Positions 58,501 through 64,000 of a DNA stretch of 64,000 bases are shown here, one piece after another; position 1 is the first letter of the stretch; each line of letters starts with the position of its first letter. Position numbers and translations under genes: made by a program. Origin of the DNA: Trueperaceae bacterium (GTDB lineage: Bacteria; Deinococcota; Deinococci; Deinococcales; Trueperaceae); NCBI GenBank assembly GCA_965213705.1, contig OZ243913.1, forward strand, positions 1,600,001 through 1,664,000. Reading direction: 5' to 3'. The notes beneath the pieces are model-generated. The model worked only from the letters and a program-made list of their open reading frames with translations. It ran no database searches and was not told where the DNA came from.

Positions 58501-60463
58501 GCTCGCCGTGTTCAGGCACGTCGATAGTCGCGCCGTCCCAGTCCTGCACCCGGAAAATGTCGACGCCCCGCACGCTACTCGCTTTACCGTCGGCCAAGCG
58601 CGCGTGGTAGGCGATTTGCTCCAACACGCGGAAGCCCAAGTTTTCCAACATCGGCATCACGCTGCTCAGGGTCAGCGTGCGTTCGCCGTGATAAATCTTG
58701 ACGAGCGTCGTGTCGCCGCTCCTTGTTGAGTCCTGGCCTTCCTCGGCGGCGTTTAAGATGTCGACCCGGTAAGCCTCGGTGCCCAGCGCCTCCAGCTGTT
58801 CGATGTCGCGCAGCGCCGCGGTGGTCGAGGTGTCGGCCTTGTAAGCCTCGTCGAAAGCGCCGCTGTACTTTTCGGCCAACCGCCGTCCTCGAGTTTCGCC
58901 TTTGGAGGCGGTGAGCCGTTCCAGCAAGTGGTCGTCCCAGGTGCGGGTGAGTTCGGCGACCGCACGTTCAAGTGCGCTCACGTCCACGTCGAAGTGGCTT
59001 TTTTCGGTCGTAAAGAAAAAGTGAAAGCGCAGCTGCGACTCGTCCTCGCCCATCGCCAGTTGGTAGTCGACGTGTGTGGCGGCGAGCTGCTCGTACAAAA
59101 AGCCCTGAATAGCGCGGCGCACCGTTGCGTTGAAGCGGTCGCGCGGCATCACCACCATCGCGGCGAGCCCGCGGCCCAGCGGGTCGGGTCGCAAAGTCAG
59201 GCGCACGCCCCGTTCTTGTTCCAAACCCATGATGGCGCGAATGTCCTGGTAAAGCTGGTCGGCGTCCGCCCAGAACAGTTCCTCGCGCGGCATCGAGTTG
59301 AAAATGGCGGTAATCTGTTTGAAGTCGTGCGAGCCCGGCACCGCACGGTCTTTCGCCAACACCCGGCGCAGCTTGAGCCGCAAAATAGGGATGTCCTCGA
59401 CCGCCGTGGACAAGGCTTTGGAGGTGAACAGACCCACAAAGCGGATTTCGCCGACCACCTGAGCGTCGCGCAGTTTTTTAACGCCGATGTAGTCCATGCG
59501 CGCGGGTCGGTGAACGGTTGATTCGGCGTTGGTTTTGGTCACGGTCAACACGCGCCCGCCCGTGACGCGCTCGCGCAGGCCTTCGGGGAGTTCGCTTACC
59601 GGCACGGGCTCGGTGTAGGCGCTCGTTTCCAGTTTGCTCAGGATGCCCAGCCCCGAGTTCGGCGTGAGCAGCAGGTGCGGCGCGCCGTCCTTAGTGATGA
59701 TGTCGTACTCGCGGTAGCCCAAAAAGACGTAGTTGTCCTCTTCCAGCCAGCGCATAAAAGCCGCGTACTCGTCCAGTTCTTCGCGGCGGTCGTGTACGAC
59801 ACCCTGAACTCGGTCTTGCGCCTCGGGGGTGTCGGTGTCTTGCGTCCGGGCGTCGGCACCCTGGACCCGCTGCGCCCGCAGGTTTGCCAGGTAAGCGCGG
59901 GTTTGTTCGGCTTGGTCGCACATCGCGACGTAGTCTCCGGTTGCCAGCAGCACGTCGCGCAAGACCTCGCGCACGGCGTCCTCCAAGGCCCGCAGCGCCC
60001 CGGGGTCGTCTGCGCGCTCGACGAAATAAAGCTCGTACGCTTCTCGCTCGGCCTCGGCTTGTGCGCTCGTCGCCAGCTCGAGCAAGCGGCCGTCCGCGTC
60101 CCGAATCGTGTGCAAAATGGGGTGGAGCAGGTAAAAAAGCTCAAACCCGCGCCGGCGCAACTCGGCCCGTACCGAGTCGACGATAAAGGGGCGGTCGCGC
60201 AGCAACACCTCGAGCACCGTGTAAGGCGCTTCAAAACCGTCTTGTGCCAGGGTCGGGTTGTAAACCCGCACACAGACCTCGCCCGGACCGAGCTGCCGGA
60301 CCTGTTCCAAACCCGCCGTGGCGATAGCGAGCAGGCCGTCCGCGCCGAAGGCGTCCATAAAGTCGGGTGCCGACTTGCCGAACAGCTCGGTGGCGAACTG
60401 CTGCAGTTCGCCGTCCTCTTTGACCTCGATGCGCCGACGGATTTGCTCCAAAGTGACTGACAT
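55589..60463 (-). CDS. large NAD-specific glutamate dehydrogenase (about 1600 aa type)
   Basis: ARGGIRWSDR, KNAVIVPVGSKGGF, AADKGTATFSD, GDMSGDVFGNG and EGGNLG motifs. Confidence 0.96.
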   Translation of the reverse strand: MSVTLEQIRRRIEVKEDGELQQFATELFGKSAPDFMDAFGADGLLAIATAGLEQVRQLGPGEVCVRVYNPTLAQDGFEAPYTVLEVLLRDRPFIVDSVRAELRRRGFELFYLLHPILHTIRDADGRLLELATSAQAEAEREAYELYFVERADDPGALRALEDAVREVLRDVLLATGDYVAMCDQAEQTRAYLANLRAQRVQGADARTQDTDTPEAQDRVQGVVHDRREELDEYAAFMRWLEEDNYVFLGYREYDIITKDGAPHLLLTPNSGLGILSKLETSAYTEPVPVSELPEGLRERVTGGRVLTVTKTNAESTVHRPARMDYIGVKKLRDAQVVGEIRFVGLFTSKALSTAVEDIPILRLKLRRVLAKDRAVPGSHDFKQITAIFNSMPREELFWADADQLYQDIRAIMGLEQERGVRLTLRPDPLGRGLAAMVVMPRDRFNATVRRAIQGFLYEQLAATHVDYQLAMGEDESQLRFHFFFTTEKSHFDVDVSALERAVAELTRTWDDHLLERLTASKGETRGRRLAEKYSGAFDEAYKADTSTTAALRDIEQLEALGTEAYRVDILNAAEEGQDSTRSGDTTLVKIYHGERTLTLSSVMPMLENLGFRVLEQIAYHARLADGKASSVRGVDIFRVQDWDGATIDVPEHGERLVEALTLLLGGRAESDRLNRLVLYGGLEVRQVALLRAYQMYYAQLNAVTSRSFINETLLNHPKLAAILYAAFATKFNPAFDGDRESAFESLKSEFLDALNNVASLPEDTTLRGLFNLVDSSVRSNFFLNRSVISFKLESKKVSSMPEPRPLYEIAVSGLGVEGAHLRGGKVARGGIRWSDRPDDFRTEVLGLMKTQMTKNAVIVPVGSKGGFVLKNAPLERDALRAYGREQYRLFISGLLDITDNLVNGQTVHPKEVLIYDEPDPYLVVAADKGTATFSDLANEVAAEYDFWLGDAFASGGSYGYDHKREGITARGAWECVARHFREMGVDVHEDTFSAVGIGDMSGDVFGNGLIYTDKLKLLAAFNHLHIFLDPDPDPATSFEERKRLFELPRSTWQDYDPELVSEGGGVFERGAKSIALSPQVKEMLGVEADALSGQALIQAILKAPADLLWNGGIGTYVKSSLETDAEVGDSSNDLVRVDADALNVKVVGEGGNLGFTQLARVEYARGGGRINTDAIDNSAGVDMSDHEVNIKILLQPLLPNDLSFDERNLLLEEMTAEVNALVLKDNYYQSLALSLAQRRSLGDPLLFESLADYLQERGALNPAVEFLPGRKELLERQKVGESYTRPELAILLAYTKMGMYRRLLETDFPDEPYFQHYLFAYFPSQLAKHYPSAIKTHQLRREIIATQFTNTVVDVLGITFVHRSLRDTGAKPVEVIRAALIALELLDVQRLVTHINALDNVVPTEVQYRAFDELVKAVEGVVTWILLSDQQATSVAEFVGSYRDPLQKLRGGLGKFLSTVERERFTASTRSWTKQGLPKDLARSVAGLDYLPSSVGIIEVSEGLDLPVAEVAPVFFEVGERLSLGWLRDRLTELPSPSKWDKVARGGLVMDLRQTQRKLSRHFLEARAHRANSNLDDFLARGPRALSRYDTALAEVRATETFTLASAGVLARLLARLVEGINGG

Positions 60464-60872
60464 AGCTACCCTCCCAGGCCGAACTCGACTTGCTGCTTAC
60501 ATGCACAAGCTTTACTTACCAACGCCGACCACCGGCTCCGTATTCCGTTTATTCAGCTCAGTATACCCAAGCGGCCCCGGTGTGTTTTTCACTTCGAGTA
60601 CTTTCAGGCGAGTAAGAGAAAACCGAACCCCGAACCCGGAGGGCCGCGTCGCAAATTTTGAGCTTCGGCACACTCGTGTTGGGTTCGCGCGTTCGAGTTT
60701 GGGAAACCGTAGCGCTGAGGCGAGAAGTTGTCTGCTTTTCCCATCCTGAGACCCAACACCCAGACGCCTTACCTCCCTACTCTCGGCGCTTGCGTATACT
60801 GGGGTTCGAGTGTCCGGCGCTGGTGGGGGCGAACCCGCGCGGGTGCCGGGCTGAGTGAGAGACGGAGAGACT

Positions 60873-61406
60873 ATGTTTTTGCTTATAACCGCCGCGCTGG
60901 TGGTGGTGGACCAACTGACCAAGTGGTGGGCCGCGTCGACGTTTCCCTTAAACGGGCAGGGCCAGTACGTCGGCCTCGGTTTTTACCTGACTTACGTCAA
61001 AAATACGGGCGCGGCTTTCGGCATTTTGCAAGACGGGACCCTCGTGTTGGGTGTGTTGTCGGCCGTCGTCGCGGTCGTTCTTACCGTTTACCTGTTGCGC
61101 AGCCGCACCATGCCCACCCTGCAGCGCGCCGCCCTGACGCTGATTTTGGCAGGTGCGCTCGGCAACATGATCGACCGCTTCGTTTTGGGTTACGTGCGCG
61201 ACTTTATCCACTTCCAAATCCCGAGCTTCAACTTTGCGGTTTTCAACGTTGCCGACAGTTGCGTTGTCGTCGGTGCGGGCTTGTTGCTCGTCTCGAGCTT
61301 TGTGCCGGTGCGTGCGGAGCCGCAACCGAACCCGTCCACCTACGAAGAGGCCCCGCTCAGCGACGCCGAGTTTTTCGACGAGGAGTTGGAGCGGGAGCGC
61401 TCGTAA
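60873..61406 (+). CDS. lspA: lipoprotein signal peptidase II
   Basis: DQLTK, NTGAAFG, GALGNMIDR, V.DF and FNVAD motifs. Confidence 0.95.
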   Translation: MFLLITAALVVVDQLTKWWAASTFPLNGQGQYVGLGFYLTYVKNTGAAFGILQDGTLVLGVLSAVVAVVLTVYLLRSRTMPTLQRAALTLILAGALGNMIDRFVLGYVRDFIHFQIPSFNFAVFNVADSCVVVGAGLLLVSSFVPVRAEPQPNPSTYEEAPLSDAEFFDEELERERS

Positions 61407-61494
61407 ACAGGGTCGCAACCGGGGCGCCGAAAGGCGAAGCTACGCTTTTTCGGGTCTTGAGAAGACCGCCGGACCAAACCCGCTCGAGCGGTCT

Positions 61495-62334
61495 TTAGCG
61501 TAGCAGTTGTAAAAAGCGCTCACGTCCCACTAAGTCCGGCAACACCCTGGCCGCCGCCCAGGTTTGCGTCTCGGTCTGCGCGCGCCGCACGTTGCGCGGG
61601 TCCAGTTCGAACAAACCTGCCGCGCCCTCTTTCAAAAGGCCGTGAGCTTGAGGTGCCAACCGCCGGAAATGTGCAAGGCCGTCCGGGCCGGAGTACAGCG
61701 CCGTCTCCGGGTCACGGCGCACCTCGGGGCTCACCCGCACCCGGTCACCGTCGGGTAGGTAGGGCAGGTTGGCGACGAGCAGGTCGAGGTTTGCCGCGAA
61801 CACCTGCACCGCGGAGGCAGCCAACAAGTCGGACACCCCGAACGCGACCTCCAACCCGTACGCCCGCCGATTTTTTTCGGCGACTTTCAAGGCCGCTTCT
61901 GAGACGTCGGTCGCCATCACGACCGCGTCCGGCCGTTCGCGTTTGAGGGCCAGGGCGACCGCGCCGCTGCCCGTGCCGACGTCGAGCAACCGGGGAGCTT
62001 TGACGTTTTTGACAAGCTCGAGCGCCAGCTCGACGAGCCGTTCGGTTTCCGGCCGCGGAACGAGCACGTCCGGCGTCACTGTCAGCTCGAGGCCGTAAAA
62101 ATGCGCCACACCCAGGATGTGCTGGAGGGGTTCACGCTGTGCGCGGCGCAGCGTCCAGGTTTCCAGGGTGCGCCGCTGCGCGGCGCCGAGCGTTTGACGC
62201 CGCGCCAAAACGAGGTCGGCGCGGCCCTTGTTCAGCAGGGCGCCGAGCAGCAAGTCGGCCTCGGCCGCGGCGGGTTCAATCCCCGCCGCGGCCAACCGCT
62301 CCACCAACCGGCTGCGCGCTTCGAAAACCGTCAT
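61495..62334 (-). CDS. prmC: release factor glutamine methyltransferase
   Basis: EPLQHILG, VPRPETE, DVGTGSG and NLPY motifs. Confidence 0.94.
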   Translation of the reverse strand: MTVFEARSRLVERLAAAGIEPAAAEADLLLGALLNKGRADLVLARRQTLGAAQRRTLETWTLRRAQREPLQHILGVAHFYGLELTVTPDVLVPRPETERLVELALELVKNVKAPRLLDVGTGSGAVALALKRERPDAVVMATDVSEAALKVAEKNRRAYGLEVAFGVSDLLAASAVQVFAANLDLLVANLPYLPDGDRVRVSPEVRRDPETALYSGPDGLAHFRRLAPQAHGLLKEGAAGLFELDPRNVRRAQTETQTWAAARVLPDLVGRERFLQLLR

Positions 62335-62583
62335 CGCGCCCAGTGTAAGCGAGCGCGCTCACCTGTCACAGCGGCCGACGAACACTGTCCTGCGGCAGCA
62401 CGATGAGATATTTAATGGCGCGGGTGCAGTTTTGGGTCTACGCTGGGTATTCGTGCTGACTTCTGTTCCAAACCCCACCCGCCCCGCAAACTCAACCGAG
62501 CCCGAAAGGTACAGGTCCGAGGTGTGCGGGACGACGAACACGCCCGTCACCCCGCCGCCCGGTACGCCGCTTCCCGCACCGGC

Positions 62584-62808
62584 ATGAAAACCGGGACGAG
62601 GACACGCTCGAGCACCAACCCCGCCGACAAGGTGACGCCCACGACCGTGGAGTTGCGTCTCATCGGTAGCAAGCAGGACTTGAAAGCGGCGGCGAGCCTG
62701 CTCTATGAAGCGATGGACGGCCGCTTCGCCATGAAAAACGTCTACAGGGGCGAAAAGGGCGACTTTGTCGCCAAAGCGACGCTGCAGCTCGAGGACGCGG
62801 AAAAGTAG
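62584..62808 (+). CDS. small hypothetical protein
   Basis: Host-like codon usage, VELRLIG pattern; start uncertain. Confidence 0.55.
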   Translation: MKTGTRTRSSTNPADKVTPTTVELRLIGSKQDLKAAASLLYEAMDGRFAMKNVYRGEKGDFVAKATLQLEDAEK

Positions 62809-63091
62809 AGCGTTATTTCCCCGTTGAGAAGCAGAAAAGGCGGCACTTATCGGTAGAAGAGAATGCCTTTTTAACCCTCAAAAATCGACGGCGGTAATTA
62901 GGCTTTCGAGGAGGCAACTTTCGACCTCTACACTAAAGACCTCCATATTAAAATGATTGCATAGGAATTGAACGCTCACCGGACCAAAAGTACGCGCGAG
63001 TTGGTCTACGAACTGTCGCCGGACGATTTGAGGTGCCGACACAGCCACCATCCTGGTCGAGGCGCATACGGACAATCCGCGGATAATTACT

Positions 63092-63133
63092 CGAAAAAGG
63101 ACTTCGAATCGCGCGATTCGAAGTCCTTTTTCG
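63092..63133. terminator. perfect 42-bp palindrome, bidirectional terminator after the tRNA
   Basis: CGAAAAAGGACTTCGAATCGCGCGATTCGAAGTCCTTTTTCG. Confidence 0.85.
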
Positions 63134-63147
63134 TTGCCCATTTTTGT

Positions 63148-63234
63148 TGGTGCCGAGGAAGAGACTTGAACTCTCACGCCCGTAAGGGCACTACCCCCTC
63201 AAGGTAGCGCGTCTACCAATTCCGCCACCTCGGC
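63148..63234 (-). tRNA. tRNA-Leu (anticodon GAG)
   Basis: GCCGAGG acceptor stem, GGAATTGGTAGAC D-loop, CTACC-TTGAGGG-GGTAG anticodon arm, long variable arm, GTTCAAGT, encoded CCA; 87 nt. Confidence 0.97.
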
Positions 63235-63309
63235 AAAACTCGGTACGCCAGTGGCAAAGGGGATGATACTTGCTGGGGTCGTGAAGTGTCAAGCGGTATG
63301 CTCGCTGCC

Positions 63310-63966
63310 ATGACCCTAAGACGTTTCAAACGCATCAAAGACGTCCTCGCCAAACGCCAGCCCGACCTGAGCATTTTGGCCGAAGACGTGTACAAACCTC
63401 ACAACCTCTCGGCCATGCTGCGCAGTTGCGACGCGGTCGGCATCGGGAGGGTTCACGCGGTCAACCCGACCGGCGGCGTGCCGACCTACAGCGAAACGAG
63501 CGCCAGCGCCGACAAGTGGGTCGAGGTCGTTGTTCACGACTCGCTGTTGGCCGCCCTGGACGTTTTGAGGGCCCAGGACATGCAGGTGTTGGCCGCACAC
63601 CTGTCAAACCAGGCCACGGACTACCGCGACCCGGACTATACCCAGCCGACTTGCGTCTTGTTCGGCAACGAAAAAGGGGGCGTGAGCGAGGTTGCCGCCG
63701 CCCGCGCCGACGCCCACATCATTATTCCGATGTTGGGGATGGTGCAGTCGTTGAACGTGTCGGTGGCGACCGCCGTCGTGCTGTTCGAAGTGCAGCGCCA
63801 ACGCCGCGCCGCCGGTATGTACGACGCGCCCCGCCTGGACGCCGCGGCGCGGCAGGCGCAAACCTTTGAATGGCTCTACCCCCGCGAAGCCGCCAGCCTG
63901 CGCGCCGCCGGGCAACCGTTCCCACTCCTGGATGACCGGGGGGAGTTCCAGTTTGAGTCGCCATGA
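63310..63966 (+). CDS. trmH: tRNA (guanosine-18-2'-O)-methyltransferase
   Basis: KPHNLSAMLRSCDA, FGNEK.G and IPMLGMVQSLNVSVA motifs; TATGCT 7 nt before ATG 63310. Confidence 0.95.
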   Translation: MTLRRFKRIKDVLAKRQPDLSILAEDVYKPHNLSAMLRSCDAVGIGRVHAVNPTGGVPTYSETSASADKWVEVVVHDSLLAALDVLRAQDMQVLAAHLSNQATDYRDPDYTQPTCVLFGNEKGGVSEVAAARADAHIIIPMLGMVQSLNVSVATAVVLFEVQRQRRAAGMYDAPRLDAAARQAQTFEWLYPREAASLRAAGQPFPLLDDRGEFQFESP

Positions 63967-64000
63967 TTCAGACTTTTTCGGCGAGACCGTCTACACTGAG

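Noticed and set aside
63227..63234. tRNA-Leu 5' octamer GCCGAGGT matching the scattered motif as att sites
   Set aside because: Only 8 bp, and att duplications normally involve the tRNA 3' half.

Overview
GC-rich bacterial chromosomal segment, most consistent with a Deinococcota (Truepera-like) genome. The evidence is a short MutL, RecJ with a C-terminal extension, a small GidA-like protein, a Uma2 nuclease, many apparently leaderless genes with a TANNNT box 5-7 nt before the start codon, and Deinococcus-type small repeats. Most of the window is housekeeping and metabolism: prs, gyrA, trmFO, mutS, mutL, fabI, recJ, menG, glgA, large NAD-glutamate dehydrogenase, lspA, prmC, trmH and tRNA-Leu(GAG). 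It also carries signalling genes (two HisKA_3 kinases, response regulators, GGDEF and PAS-GGDEF-EAL), a split TRAP transporter, and a galactoside ABC/GH42 cluster interrupted by a DinJ-YafQ toxin-antitoxin pair. No CRISPR array, rRNA, transposase or intact integrase was seen. The most interesting unannotated structure is a ~4.07 kb MarR / hydrolase / TspO / ABC cassette (40315-44385), bounded by imperfect TG...CA terminal inverted repeats, locally rich in the otherwise avoided GATC, and with a nonsense codon in its permease. Also notable are two diverged MITE-like repeats (one supplies a stop codon), a candidate ~55 nt sRNA, strong CTCGAG over-representation with GATC avoidance, heptamer arrays, and many 12-18 bp tandem duplications. 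All calls come from reading the sequence by eye; no searches were run and counts are hand counts.
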